In this document: in pieces, positions 45,493-59,194 of the stretch
Layout: every line of letters starts with the position of its first letter
Position numbering within the stretch: position 1 is the first letter of the stretch
Assembly: GCF_964204645.1 (NCBI RefSeq)
Contig: NC_134027.1
Coordinates: 19,554,560-19,618,559, forward strand
Reading direction: 5' to 3'
Length of the DNA stretch: 64,000 nucleotides
Origin: Tubulanus polymorphus
Taxonomy: Eukaryota > Animalia > Nemertea
The notes under the pieces: generated by a model
Told to the model about the DNA's origin: nothing
The model's database searches: none
What the model saw: the letters and a program-made list of their open reading frames with translations, nothing else
Program-made: the position numbers and the translations under genes

Positions 45493-48400
45493 ATTAATAC
45501 TCGTTACAGACGGCTGTAGTTCTATCGTTGAGGTCAGCGGAGGTCCTACCCGCTCTAATGAGGAGGTCAGCTTGCGCATCGTATCAGTTCTGGACGCGCG
45601 GTCCGGGGGGGGGGGGGGGGCGGTGGGGTGGTGGGTTCATCACGCTACCAAGAATAAGACGATAAGAGGAGAGGAACTTCGCCCAGCCGTATTACTCGCC
45701 TTCGAGAGAAGGACGAACGGACCCGGACAGACCCACTGACGGACCACGTAGACACGAGGAGGGGGAGGTCGCGGGGAGCCTTAGTCCTTAGACATTTTTT
45801 TTATTGAGCGTCGTCCCGTGAAGCCGGGCGTACGGGAGCCTACCGGTGCAGACACAGCTGCAGGAGTTGTATGTTCTGGTGAGTATTTTATTAGTGATTT
45901 TGACCAGGGGGCAAATGGTTACCGTGTCTGGGAAATCCATTACACACGGAAAACGAGTCATGCTGTTCACCGGCAAGTGCTGCCACCTAATCACCTGATG
46001 CCGCGTTCGAGATCAGACGACTATAATCCGTACATGTAACTAGACAGAAAAACGAAAAATGTTAGGCTTAGTGAAGTCTTTATGGAGTTTTTCTTTGCTT
46101 ATTTTGTTTGTTGGAAGTTCGTTAACATCCAACAAACTGTATTTCAACACATCATTACCTCCGGTAGTTATAGGTATGTATATATATTTCGGGATATAGT
46201 CAAGAAGTGTTGCGTTTCGACTTGTAGAGTTGAAGTTGTTGTTGGCGTTGCGCTGACGGTTGTTTATTTGGCAATCTGCCATCCCCAATGCCAATGGCTA
46301 TTGACGTATCCGTATGGTTACTACGTGATATTTTATATAATTTCCAAGACTTGTGTTTTAAAAATGCGAACGTAAATAATCAACATTTCTTCTACAAAAT
46401 GCTTTAAAACAAAAAATTATTTTTTGAGCTGTTATTTATCATTGCATCGATTAGCAATATTGTGTGGTTATGCACTAGTCAATGAAAGTTCTTGGCCCCC
46501 GTCCAACGGAATGAAAAATAGTGATCTAAAGCGCCGGGACAGAGGCGATCCAGCGAAAAAAATCAGTGGAGCGCACAATGGTAACAGCGCAGCTCTCCTT
46601 TAGCGACTAGATTTACCAAAAAGTTAACGATTTATTTGAGCACGTTCTTTTATGCAGCATCTTTAACTGTCCAAGATTACACAGGTTAAAATTCAATGCT
46701 ATTTGCGTCGGAAGAACTTATCTCGCCAAGATCCAACGCTTTGTTCGGTAGTTATGGTAAGGATTTCAGGTCACGTGATCAAAATGTGTCATAGGCTAAT
46801 TAGCGTTTTCCACGCTTCAAATTTTCAATCGCTCATAAAAAACGTATTCTATATCTGATTGAAGCCAAACTTGCTCAGTATACTCAATTTACCGGTTATT
46901 TGTTGTGGTGTAAATTTCATGAGTGTATCTTGCCTAGTTACGGAGCAATAAGTCGTAGTTTGGCGCGCGTCGGCTCATTTCTAGGAAACAAGATGGCGGC
47001 CATGTTTGTTCATGCATTTTTCAAACACGTGAAAAACGCATGCAATTTTTTGGGTCAAATCCACGAGCCGGCTGCTGATTGGCTGGATATTTGACCTCAG
47101 AATATTTTAAGAACATGTTTCAAGTAGAGCATGTCGGTGCGTGCAAGTTTTGGTAGGCCCTGTATCACTCGGAAAAAGTCGTAAACATAATTCAAAGTGC
47201 TCATACGCTAAAATTAATAATTTTAACAACTTGCACTCTACTACATGATAAAATAAGATACTTTATATATTGTTTTCAATTATTACTTTTAAGATTGATT
47301 TAGTAGTCTTTCGCGGATTTTGACCTAAAGTTGGCAAGGTGTTTAAATTGTTTACATCCTGGTCACTGCCGGCTCACACCGGCTGCCAGCTGATCAATCA
47401 AAACACTTCCTGGTTAATTTTTACCACTCTAAATGTCAATTTAGCAAGTAAAACGTCACTTTAGCAAGTAAAACGTCACTTTCACTCAATAAACTCATAC
47501 TTTATTACGAAATCGGCAATATATAAGACGAATAATGGTTAGGCCTACCCAATTTAAAAACTTTGAGTATTTTGCACAAGAATCCAAGTTTTGTCTAAAT
47601 TTTAGCTCATTTTTTGCTAAAAAGAAATTTTATTTTTCCTATCTGCTTCACCTTTAGGTAATCATCTCATCTTGAATACTAGGATATCCCTCTGAAAAGC
47701 AGTTGTTATTCATTTGTTCATGGTTTTTCAATTCCAATTGTCGACCCTTTCGCTAAATAACTGCCGCTGCTAGGCCTAAAATACCCACCAACCAATGGTT
47801 AATCAAATAGATTCTAGAGGATTATATTATCAATTTTCTTTTTCATTCGAATGACTTGCCTAGAAGGAGACCTTTAATTAGATACCAAACATGACATACT
47901 TTTGTAAAATTGACTTTCCGATGAAATATTGACGCAAAACAAGATGGCCGCCATTCCTCGAGCCTCAATTTGAGATATCATGATATAGATATTTCATGGG
48001 TAAATCTGTTAGGGCCTAGGGATCTCTAAAGAAAAACAAAGGCTTTTCCATTCATTTCAATTTGATTTAATTTCGGAAAACCATGTAGTACGTAGATCTC
48101 TTCAACGCTTTATCCTATTCTTCTGCGGCAAGTGAGTATCTGAAATATAATGATATTATTAGTATCTTTTATTTCAGAAGGCTTTAAAACATTGAACTTA
48201 TCCACTAAGATTAGTTATTTCAAATAATAAAGGTCTATAAGGCCATATCGAATCAACTAAATACATTAAAGATGTAGTTAATAAGATTCAAGATGGCCGC
48301 CTTGATACTTACCTTATGGTTACCATGGTAATCAGTATCACCCTGGTGCACGATATCTTCGGTATATTATCTCAAAATTGATATTCCATGTCTTAAGTAT

Positions 48401-49222
48401 CATTTATCTTGAGAAATAAACTATAGTATTGCGTGTTAATGGTTATAGAAGTGGGTATTAATTACATAATTAGTATGCAAATTAGCCTAACTTACATATT
48501 TTTGCAATTACTTACATGAATCTAAAATTACTTTGTATAGACAACTTACTGACCAAGTTAGGTTTTAAACAGATAAAAATTCTCGGAGTTATATTGGTTT
48601 TAATGTTGAATTTAATTCCTTTATCTGGCTAAAAAGCAACAAAACCTAGACACTTCCTGTCTGATACTTTCATTGGAAATGAACTAAAGTGAATTGCGCA
48701 ATCGAATGACAGAAATACTCAAATTTCCACCCTTAGATTGCTTATAACTTTTGAACCGCTTGACCAATTTTGATTCTGTAAAGTGCTGTATGCTTATGCT
48801 ATCCCCTTCTTCATTTTAAGCTATTAGAAAGACACATAGAAATTTTCAACCTGAAATCCCTAGTTATGGGCTTTCAAAGACGAAACCCCTTGAAATCTTG
48901 GTTAGATCAAATTTGTGTTGACCCGGTTTTGACTTCCATCATGACGTCATAACATTGAACGAGGTGGATCAGCTGGTGCGCGTTATTTCACAAACAAAAT
49001 GGCGGCACGATTGAATAGGTTGATATTCATCATTTCTAGCGCAAATACTGATACTTAAGGCGTATGATATAACAGTTTAATGTGTGCGATGTGTTCAATG
49101 ATTCATCTAGTTTTGATATCCCGTGCGTAAGGTAACGTTGCATCAAGATATCTGCCAAAAATGTGGTTTCAAAATGCGGAAATTTACTTCCGTGTTCGCC
49201 ACACAGCTGATTTACTGATAGC

Positions 49223-49597
49223 ATCGGATTTTTAGAGATGAGTCTGATAGGCCTATATACACAACTGGAATAATTGTTTTATCATCATTAATTGAAGCAT
49301 TAGCGATCCGTTATGGAGCCTGATTATTAGTATTAGTTTGTTTACTGCGGCACAATGATGAGCGTTCGCTTTGAAAACAGTCGTGTACAGTCGCTGATTG
49401 ACTGATAGGCCTACAGTGATATCATCAGATTTTTAGAGATGTGTCTGATATACACACGACTGGAGTAGGCCTGCTTGTTTTAATATCATCATTAATTGAA
49501 GCATCAGCAATCCGTTTTGGAGCCTGATTATTAGTATTAGTTTGTTACTGCGGCACAGCGATGAGCATTTGCGTTGAAAACAGTCGTGTACAGTCGC
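49223..49597. repeat. ~200-bp-period direct duplication
   Basis: 49223-49394 resembles 49424-49597. Confidence 0.8.
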
Positions 49598-49699
49598 ATA
49601 GGCAATAGGCCTATCGCATTATACTCTCGTGTTCACTGCGTGTATGTATCAGTTTATACTCGCGCCACGGTGTAGGTCGAGCGTACCAACGATTTGTCT

Positions 49700-52185
49700 G
49701 AGTGAGGATGTAAGCTACTTCCTATCGTGAAATTATTGAAAACCATGTCAGTCGATAAACTTTTTGTTTCGTCAGTAACTGGTACTGTCCTCAAATTTGA
49801 AGAACTTGGGAGCTTCTGTCCTGATTGGTCCGCATATGATAATGAAAAACCTGCGATGAAACTCAGGCTCTCACCAAGTTTGTACCGTATCTTATCGGGT
49901 CACTCAAAGTTTTAGTTGTTTTACATCATTCAAGGGATGTATTACAATAATGAATATTTGTTCAGACAAAAGACCCATGATCAATTTTTCGAATCTCGTG
50001 AAGTCAGTTATCAAAAGTTCGCACTGACCAAAATTGAGTCCTTTCCATATATTTTTTTCTTGTTTAATTTTCAATGAAATAAATTTTTGCCTACCAGTAC
50101 TGTAGGCTAAGTGACTTTTACTTCCCCAAACCAGTTTGGCAAGCCACTGGACCATTGGTCCTTTATTTCCTAATCTTAGTGTAGTGCATTTGATAGGACT
50201 AAAGGATAGCTGCCATAATTTGGACCAATCGTCTAGTCTATTTAGGTCAGATTGAAGGGCTAAACAGTCGTTGATATTTCGAATCTCCCCGTATAATTTA
50301 CTGTTGACTCGTCCGTGAAGAGATAAGATTTGTAGGGTCTTTTACTCCTGCGGTGGCGTCGTTTATAAAAATTCAAAACATGATAGGGCCAAGCACTGAG
50401 CCTTGCGGAACTTCGCTTAACACCTCCGTTACTTGTTGTTTTCTTCCCTTCAAGAAATCAGAAGTCCAATCTATGACTTCACCATCTTAAGGCCTACCAA
50501 TACTACAGAGTTTGCTTATCAAACATTGGTGAGGAACCCTATCAAACGCCTTCTCGAGTCTAAGTAGATTGAGTCAACCATACCTTTTCTCTCTAATATA
50601 CTGGTCCATTTCTCGAGACACGCTGAGAGATTGGTCTGACAATTTCTTTTAGGTACAAAACCATGTTGCGCTGGGGAAATCAACGAGTAAGTGTCTAGGT
50701 GCTGCATAATCTTATCCCTGACGATAGTCTCGAGCACTTTGCAACAAATGCAAGTGAGGCTTACAGGCCGGTAATTTTCTACTTCATCCTTACGTCCTTT
50801 CTTGTCAATGGGCTTTATCAGACCTATTTTCCAGTTCATTGGTAAGAGACCAGAGCCGACTGATTTATTAAAGAGGAGCGACAGCGGTGAACAAAGCTCA
50901 CTGGACAATTCTCTGAGTACTCTCGGATGAATATTGTATAGGCTAATTTATATTTTTCTCTTCTCGTTTTATTTCTCACCGATGCCGGTACATCACTCGA
51001 CGGCATCAAACTTTTGATCGTTTCGTTCAACTCCGGGACTTTTGTATACGTTTAAGTTGTTCAAATGTTCCTTACTAATTCAGCATCTATGATATATCAC
51101 TTAGGCTTGTTAACACCTTCGGCGCTAGATCGGGAAGGCTCGACAAATCTTATCCATGAACACGCTGCTGAAAAAAGTATTAAACATACCTGCTTTCTTT
51201 TTGTCGTCAGATATTGTGTGACGGTCATTGTACTGAGGGGCGGTATATCTGGTTTCTGTTTGGTTCTGGATCAAGTATACCTCCAGAATGCCTTGGGGTT
51301 TTTTTTTCACCTTCATCACAATGGTCTTCTCATATGATCTTAGGGCTCTTTTAATATCTCTTCTCGTCAAGTTTCTTATATTGATATAATCAGCGTATGA
51401 CTTATTATCTTTAGTGGTCAGATATCTCTGCCAGGCTCTCTGTTTCGATTTGACTTTCCTGAGAGCTGCGGCCTTCATCCATTGGGCTTTTTACTTTCAT
51501 CGCGGTCATGAGTAATTTCATTGCTGGGTACAAACCTTCTAATTAAATCATTTATCGAATCTCTTATTACGTTCCACCTAGATATTACAACCAAGCTTGA
51601 TATACAGTCGGGCAAGTTTTGCTTAGACAGTTCGTCTCTCATTTTGTTGTAGTCACCATGTTCGAAATTTTACATACACTTTCTAGGGCTTTCTTTATAA
51701 TTTACTGGGATAATTGTGTCGAAAGTAATGATCACATGGTCGCTCGCTCCAAGAGGGGGTAGTGTCGTAAATTAACAATACAGTTGTGTCCTTTTAAAAC
51801 ACGACATCGAAAATACTAGGTCCCTGGTTATAACGATGCCTGGCTTATCTCTCTTGACATCTTAAAATCAGATTATTTAAATTCTACTCTCGTCAGGGGA
51901 TGTGTTAGGGCTTCTGTAAATGACCCCAACAATCAACTGAGCATTTTCATACTCTAATTTTATCCAAAGATTGTCATTAATTTCGTCAGACGATGGGAGC
52001 TCAAGGTAATCGATACCGTGTTTTACATAGATTATAACTCCTTCCGCCGATACTTAGAAACTGGTAGATGCATCTATGCAGTCACGTGAGTAGTTTTTCG
52101 GATATACCTCCATTAGTAATATTATATCCGGGTTGTTATTACAAACAGATTCGTGGAGTTTATTTGTTAGGGTGTCTCCGTTTGT
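49700..52185 (-). pseudogene. CR1-clade LINE ORF2 (AP endonuclease plus RT), decayed
   Basis: PDIILLMEV, SDHVII, NYRPVSLTCICCKVLE, QHGFV, SEVPQGSVLGP. Confidence 0.88.
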
Positions 52186-53616
52186 CTCATTTTTAGGCCA
52201 GCCGTAGGCTGAGCCTATTACTATACAAATGGAGCGAATTTAAATGACATGGTTTCCACACAAAAGGCTCTTTTGCTTGCCAAGTGAGGGCATATTCGAA
52301 AAAATCACGTATTTAAGCGTAATCCATTCTCGGAATCGTAGCGAGCAGAATTTTGAAATAGGGTCTCATAGAAATGTTTTCTGCATTTTTCACGAAAGTT
52401 AAATCGGGAAAATTTCAATTTTTATCAGCCAATCAGGAAGTTGTGTCTTCCCTGTGATTGGTTTATCTGAAAATATCAGCAGCTGTTCACGTGAATTATC
52501 GCGATTTCATTACTGGCGCTTTTGCGCATGATGTCATGTATCAACACGCGACAATACTTCCGCGTTCGCTACGTGTTCGCTGATTGGCCCATTTACTGGG
52601 AAATTCCACAGAAGCCTAATGTGGTTTGTTACAATCGCTGTGATTGGCCCGACCCGATTCTGGCATGGCTTTAGCTTAGTGGGTTCGAATCCCTTTACGG
52701 GTGAAGATGATGGATCCTATCAATATCTATTGAAACAAATAAGTTTCCCGGTTGGGCAGCCGCGGATATCTACAGTACCGGATGTGTTCCGGTTCGATAT
52801 TTCGAGGTTTCTTTGAATTTTGGAGTGATATTGAAATCCGGTAAATACCAGCGGTAGATTGTGAAAACCCATTGCATGATATTTGTATTACTTAATCAAC
52901 GAAAAGCGTCTGGGCCGCGCCAGGAGTTTTCGTGATTCAAGTAGCGCAATAGCCTACTTCTTCGTCCACCTCAATTTTCACTCCGCCGATCTCTGACACG
53001 GCTCTGTCCCCGTCGGCGCTGTGATTGCACTTTCGTACCACCAAAATTTTTTATTTCTATATCAGGGAGGTCTGGAGAATAAAAAAGTCAAAATTTGGAT
53101 ATCACATAGGCCTGATTTCATCGAATAAGTCGACCATGGTCGTTACGTTTCCGTACTTATTACCACCTAAAACCGTCTGAACAATTTTGTCACAACCAAC
53201 ATTTCGTTTACAGAAATCAGGTGTTCACGTGAATCCGCGGTATCGTCTACTGTTTTACTTCCGGGTTTTATTTTAAGGTTTAAAATTGTATTTCAAGATC
53301 GATTTCTATGAAATCTTTAGTTGATTTGGTGTTTGGGAGGAATTTTTATTGGCTCTACAGAAAATTCATCCTTGACAATTGCGCAAGGTTCGCGAAAAAA
53401 AGGTTTTACCAAATCGGGTGTATGACCTTGATATGCTAATTAGCCATGTGCCCGAATTGCAAATTCAATCAAATTTTATTCTGCCAAAAAATGTTAAATA
53501 CAATTCGCTTTCCGAGAGTTAATGGTATGCTGCATGGAACAAAGTTGTTTTGAGATGGGTCTTGAAGCTATTGAGGTCGAGAGATAACCATCTAGATAGT
53601 TCGTGAGAGTTCCAAA

Positions 53617-53935
53617 GTTTTGAAGACGCTTCAAGGTAATGTCTTGATATTTGTTTTATACGTGTATCTACCCTAGACACATCTTCAGGCCAAAAACTGG
53701 CCCTGTCAGAATCAAGATGGCCGACTGGCAGCCATTGTTGTTCGCCAAAATCAGCACTTTTTACACATTTTTGAAGTTTTCGAGGGAAATTTTGAAGACA
53801 CTTTTATCAATAACCTTGATCATTCGTATATATTTTTATCCCCCGAGGGCCCATCGGCATGTGAAAAATTGAGTTGATCGGACTCAAGATGGTCGTACTG
53901 TGACCTTTTTTGTTCCCAAAAATGTCAATTTTGGC
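53617..53935. repeat. Interspersed repeat copy (second copy at ~62798-63115)
   Basis: AGTTTTGAAGACGCTTCAAGGTAA...CAAGATGGCCG blocks are shared; ORF translations are near-identical. Confidence 0.8.
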
Positions 53936-54389
53936 CTGAATTCTGAGTACTGTAGCTTTCTAATGGTGCGCCATGTTTCATTGCAATTTGTAATGGGTAT
54001 TCTTTGGAAAGGGATCTTTTATATCCGAGAGGGTATTTTTGACCAGGCAATTATGACGCACTTGGCGGCCATCTTGGGGTCATCAGTTCTCATTCGTAGG
54101 TGGAAAAAAAGTTTTTCCACATCATAATTGATACTTAAGCATATTTTGCTACTATAATCAATTGGAAAGTTGTAGCTCATGACATGTTCTATGATCGAGG
54201 TGAGTTTCAAGCTCATTGGTTTTTTTTATGGCCACCAGGGGGCGTTGCACAATACAATAACTTAGTATTTCTATATTACATTCGTTCCTGCTGTCTGTGT
54301 TAACACACGATTTTACTATGTAAATGATATTGAGCAGGGAGTGTATATTGATAAATATAACCCACAGATTACATCATTTATAAAAAGCA

Positions 54390-55000
54390 AATCTGACAGG
54401 CTAACCATTGTGCCCCTTGGGGCTCTTGTTACAATTTTGTTATTTACGATTTTTATAAGGGTTTCACCATTGGCCTTCCTTCGCTCTAATTCCCCTCTCA
54501 GTATAGCAAAATCCTCTTCTTTTGGATCTATCGAGAGCAAATTTTGTTTCCGCTCCGTCGTCATCTTTTATTTCACCCCCTAACAAAGTCATATACCCTG
54601 TCTCTGTGAGCCATATCCACAAACACCACCGTCATCGGTCTACTTGGGTTATTTTTATCCCCCATACGAAAAACTTTTTTATGTCTGGGTGCCTGTGATA
54701 ACCATTATGTTGGAGTAGTTCTAGAATGTACTTCAAGTCGTCATTTTTTCTCCTGTGCATTTGTCGCTCGTTAACATTACCGGTAGCGGGGAAAAAGTCC
54801 CGATCGAGCGATCCTAGCACTGGTGCTTTGAGCTAATTTTCATTTCCCGGCCCCCGTAGGGCGTGGATTTTCATTGACTAGTGCATTACAAATACTAGAT
54901 TCTGTAATTGAATCCTCCTGTCTAGGTTTACACAACTTGGTTAGCATAGAGTCAGTTCCAACAACCAAACAGACATTGCTATATAGCCTACACCATAGAA
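54390..55000 (-). pseudogene. LINE ORF1 C-terminal remnant, probably partner of ORF2 at 49700-52185
   Basis: MTTER...LRGELERRKANGETLIKIVNNKIV is typical of CR1 ORF1 ends; same strand as ORF2. Confidence 0.55.
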
Positions 55001-55821
55001 TTGTTAGCCTAGACGTGAAAATTCTCAAGTAGAAATTGGAGAATATCATGACTTGAACATGCAACCCGTGGATTGCGCCCTAGTCCTACTCTCTCTCTAT
55101 CAACGTGTTCAAGACAATGAACTCTTTTTAACATATAATTCATAATCCTCAACCTAACCCTAACCTTGAACCCTATTCCTACTTCTAAAGATAGGCCTAT
55201 GACATAAAACTATAATCTTATGATATGAATATTTTATATGTTTTTCCTCCTAAAAGAGCGGCATTCATTGATGTTAGTTCATACTAATTTTCTAGAGCAA
55301 CTGGCCTGCGGTTAAGGTATCTGAAGATAATTGCATAGGCTAATGTCATGACGTGAATATCTTGTCCTTTTCTCGTCATTGAAATAACGTCATGATCTTG
55401 AATTTAGATGATTTATTTTCAACTTCTATTTTACAACTCCAACTAGAAAAACTGTGTGCTTAACCATATTTTTGTTTATACATAATGGAGAGAGTACTAC
55501 TGTATGAGTACGCTGACATGTTTTGACGCTGACATGTTTTGACACTGACATGTTTGTGACACTGATATTACTTTTGAGCACAAGAAATTACCTAATCCAA
55601 TTAATACAAACAACTCATCGATGTTGATGCCCCATTTCACATATCAATATCAGGCTGATTAATTTTCAAGAGAATTATATTTAGCATTATTAAACAATAT
55701 TAAATCCACAATAAACGTTAATATACACTCCGATAAAAATCTAAATTAAGACAAAGAAATGTACTGCATGATACTAACCCATTACATATTTGGCATTGAC
55801 CTCCTTTCGATATTATTTTAG

Positions 55822-55978
55822 TCCCAGGCGATGGTGGGAGTCAGATGGAAGCGAGACTTAATAAAAGTTCGGTCGTACATTATTTATGTACTAAGAAGAC
55901 AGATTACTGGTTTGCATTCTGGTTGAATATTGAACTTCTCGCACCATTAGTGTTAGATTGCTTTGTGGATAACATGAG
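55822..55978 (+). CDS. PLA2G15: PLA2G15/LCAT-family lipase, exon 2a (157 nt)
   Basis: AG|...|GT; PGDGGSQMEARLNKSSVVHYLCTKKTDYWFAFWLNIELLAPLVLDCFVDNMR; TACTAAC branch point at 55772-55778. Confidence 0.9.
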
Positions 55979-56008
55979 GTGAGTTGTTCTTTCCCTTAAT
56001 ATTTGCAG

Positions 56009-56165
56009 TACCCGGTGATGGTGGCAGTCAAATCGAAGCGAAACTGGATAAAAATCAAACGGTAGCATTTTACTGCCATAAAAAATCAGATACTTGGTTT
56101 CCACTGTGGTTGAATATTGAGCTGTTAGCTTGGCCGGTGGTCAAATGTTTTGTAGATAATATGAG
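56009..56165 (+). CDS. PLA2G15: PLA2G15/LCAT-family lipase, exon 2b (157 nt, alternative)
   Basis: AG|...|GT; PGDGGSQIEAKLDKNQTVAFYCHKKSDTWFPLWLNIELLAWPVVKCFVDNMR. Confidence 0.9.
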
Positions 56166-56192
56166 GTTTGTACTATGAATGTTGTGTGCTTA

Positions 56193-56412
56193 GGCTAAAA
56201 AAAATTAATACCTTGTTTCTCCGCTCTGCTGAGCTTAAATGTTGACCCGGCCGGCCGCCTATCTACCCTATACATTACTTTTTTAAAAATCGTGATCAAT
56301 TTTACCATAACAGACCCGGCCGCTATAGAAATGAACTGTTTATAAATTTTATCAAATTTTACAAAAATGACCCGGCCGCTGCGGAGAAACAAGGTATCAT
56401 TTTTGTTTAGCC
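56193..56412. mobile_element. PIF/Harbinger (Tourist-like) MITE
   Basis: TIR GGCTAAA..ATACCTTGTTTCTCCGC / GCGGAGAAACAAGGTAT..TTTAGCC with TTA TSD on both sides. Confidence 0.8.
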
Positions 56413-58628
56413 TTATCTACCGTGTTTCAAAAATGACTGTCTACTGCACTTTTACGGCGAGCTCATGTAATCTTGAATATTGTAGAGTCATTTCAATTGC
56501 ATTCTGAAAGTATTTTAGCAACCATTTCCGTTAATTTCACTAAATTATTGTTTGGTCAGGGGCTCGTTGGATTCGTGCCTGTTAAAAGGTGATTTGGTAC
56601 ACATTTAGCAAGTTTTCAAAATATTGGTGCTCCATATGGAATTCAAAACAAAAATGTTACCAGTGCTTGGTAAATTTTACCGGGAAATGAAGCTTACATA
56701 GCCAGTTCCATGCCATCATGTCTTTTGTGACTTAGTTTAGTTGAACAATGTTGTACAATGTGCATTAATCAATTATTTTTAACAGACTGCCAGCGCTGAT
56801 ATTTTCATTACCAATCCTCAAATCCGAACAAAGCTTTAGGAAGTTTTTGGAGTCTGTGTTGGTTTTTCCTGTAGGCCTAATTATGTACATGAAAACTACA
56901 ATGATAATCAATCACTTTGACTAATGGATATTTTGAAAAAACTTCCTAGTGAGTTCCCTATTTCTTTGTTAGCTCCAATTTAGGCCTATTGGATATTACT
57001 AAGTATTTGCTTTTGAATGTTTGAAGAAGTGCTCAAATTTTCCTGGTTTATTCATTAGAAATGCATTAAATCTTGCCTTACATGAACGTGGCCAACTTAA
57101 AATATCGACTAGTTCGGACGAAAGTAAAATCATCTGACTTCCTGTAATTTACTTACCATGTACTTTCCTATCCTTAACTTGGACCAATGTTTTGCAGTCT
57201 CATTTTGTCCGAGGTAGGCCTGGTTAACTGTATTAAGGCACTGGTTTTTTTTACAACTTTTTAGGAACAGCTGTGTTGATCCTAGCAGAATGGTCCTGAG
57301 AGTAACTTTCTGTTAGCTCTTGGTGGCACAAATTGTAACCAATGTATATAAACAGCTGATAATTTAGGAGGGAAATAGGTGTTGGAATTGATATGGCAAG
57401 TTTTGTCCATCAGCTCTTTTAAAGCTGTTTGGAAGCAGTGGGAGAAAATATGTGCAAAATTTCAATGAATTTTTTCCCCATTCGATACTAATTGATGCTT
57501 GACCTATTTTGATGATGACATCAGTGATGCCCTATATCAAGAACATAGTATTGATCGTTCTGCCATGTGCTAGTGAGTCAAAGGGAAAACCCATTACCAT
57601 ATCATCTAAGTTGAACATGCTTACTACACAGCGCAACATGATTTCATCTTGTTTATACTGTTTATACGTTATTGCAAATCCAAGAAAAATCGATTTTTGT
57701 GCACAATGTACTCAGTTAATCCTACTGGTCCTCATCCTCGCTTGCCTTGGTCTGATTGCCGCCCGCCCAAGCTCACGCCAACATTAACCCTGGCAGCAAA
57801 CCCTTCATTGGTCTATTACAATGCCAAAAATTTCTCGGGCGAACAGGTTAATGCCCAACGCCCACCAATCTATATATCTAGCCGATCAAATGAATTGTAT
57901 TTCTCCGGCAAGTTTGCTCTATGAAAACCACACATCTGATTAACTATAAGATATATAGACTGGTGGCCGCTGAACGGGAACCTGTCCGCCCAAGAAATCG
58001 TGGGCGATGTAATAGAAGACCATTGAGGGATTTGCTGTCAGGGTTTGTGTTGGCACCAGAGCTTTGTGGCGGGCAGCTGGAAAGTGAGGATGACTGGACC
58101 TATGGTCCTATATTATTTCATCTAAAAAAAAACAACACATTTTTACACTTGATACTGCTGTATTACTGGATCCAGACTACAACTATTTTGTAATCAACTA
58201 ATAGACAACTGGAAAATCTTGTTATACATTGAAAGTTCCTTGTAACCAGTATCAAAATATATTTTTTGTTTGCCAGTATTAAATATCAAATAGTCTGAGC
58301 AGATTTTTACATATCGTCGAAATTTTGATATGAAATTGTTGTAGCGTCAAACGTACGTACTGTATCTGTTGTTAACAAGGTTCTGTTGTTCAGACTGACT
58401 TACGGATCGACTTTATATTAGAGCTAACTAAAAGATAGGATTAACTCCTAAAGTCTATTTATTTTTGATTGTCCACGATCTTTTTGGGATATTTCGCTTA
58501 ATTTTGTGTGTGCATACCTCAAATAGGTAGGTCTTAATCGAGTCAGTAGAGTTGTGCAGTCCAGATTTTAAACTGACTCCTAAAATGGAATAATCTTGAC
58601 TAAACCTTGATTGATTACAAAGTGCTAT

Positions 58629-58709
58629 TCACACATCAATGAGATGTACGATGTATCACACATCAATGAGATGTACGATGTATCACACATCAATGAGATG
58701 TACGATGTA
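58629..58709. repeat. 27-bp minisatellite x3
   Basis: TCACACATCAATGAGATGTACGATGTA repeated three times. Confidence 0.9.
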
Positions 58710-59194
58710 TTACTAGTTAGCCAATCTATGTAACTATTCCTAATAAGACTGCTTCTTCGAACCTCAGGACTCTAAAGTCCTCTTGTTGTTCTAAGCTCTA
58801 AACTAGACTATCCGTACAGATTTTCTTAGCTTCTGGCGGTCTCTTCTAAGCCACGGTCACACAGAGATGATTTGGCCCGGAACAGGCCTGAGTCAAATTT
58901 GGCCCATGCTAATTAGAGGCGCTCTCACACTGAAACCATACCTGAACCACTCAATACTGAACGATGCTCAAACACAGCGAAGTGAGTCATTTCCGGAACC
59001 TGTTGCAATTCACGTTCTATGATTTGACCTGTGCTAAAATTTAGCTCAGTCTAAGTGTATTTTTCGTCAGGCACGGGTACATTACGCACCAGTTTATTCT
59101 GGGTCAAAAAAGCTTTACGATTGCGGCTATTATTGAAATAATAGTGGTTTTTAGCCCACTTGAGACTATCCGTCCATCCGTCCGTTGTAGCGCA

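Noticed and set aside
45788-46375. Short ORFs as exon 1 of the lipase or a THAP gene
   Set aside because: No signal-peptide/PVIL-type exon end or complete THAP motif was found; exon 1 remains unlocated.
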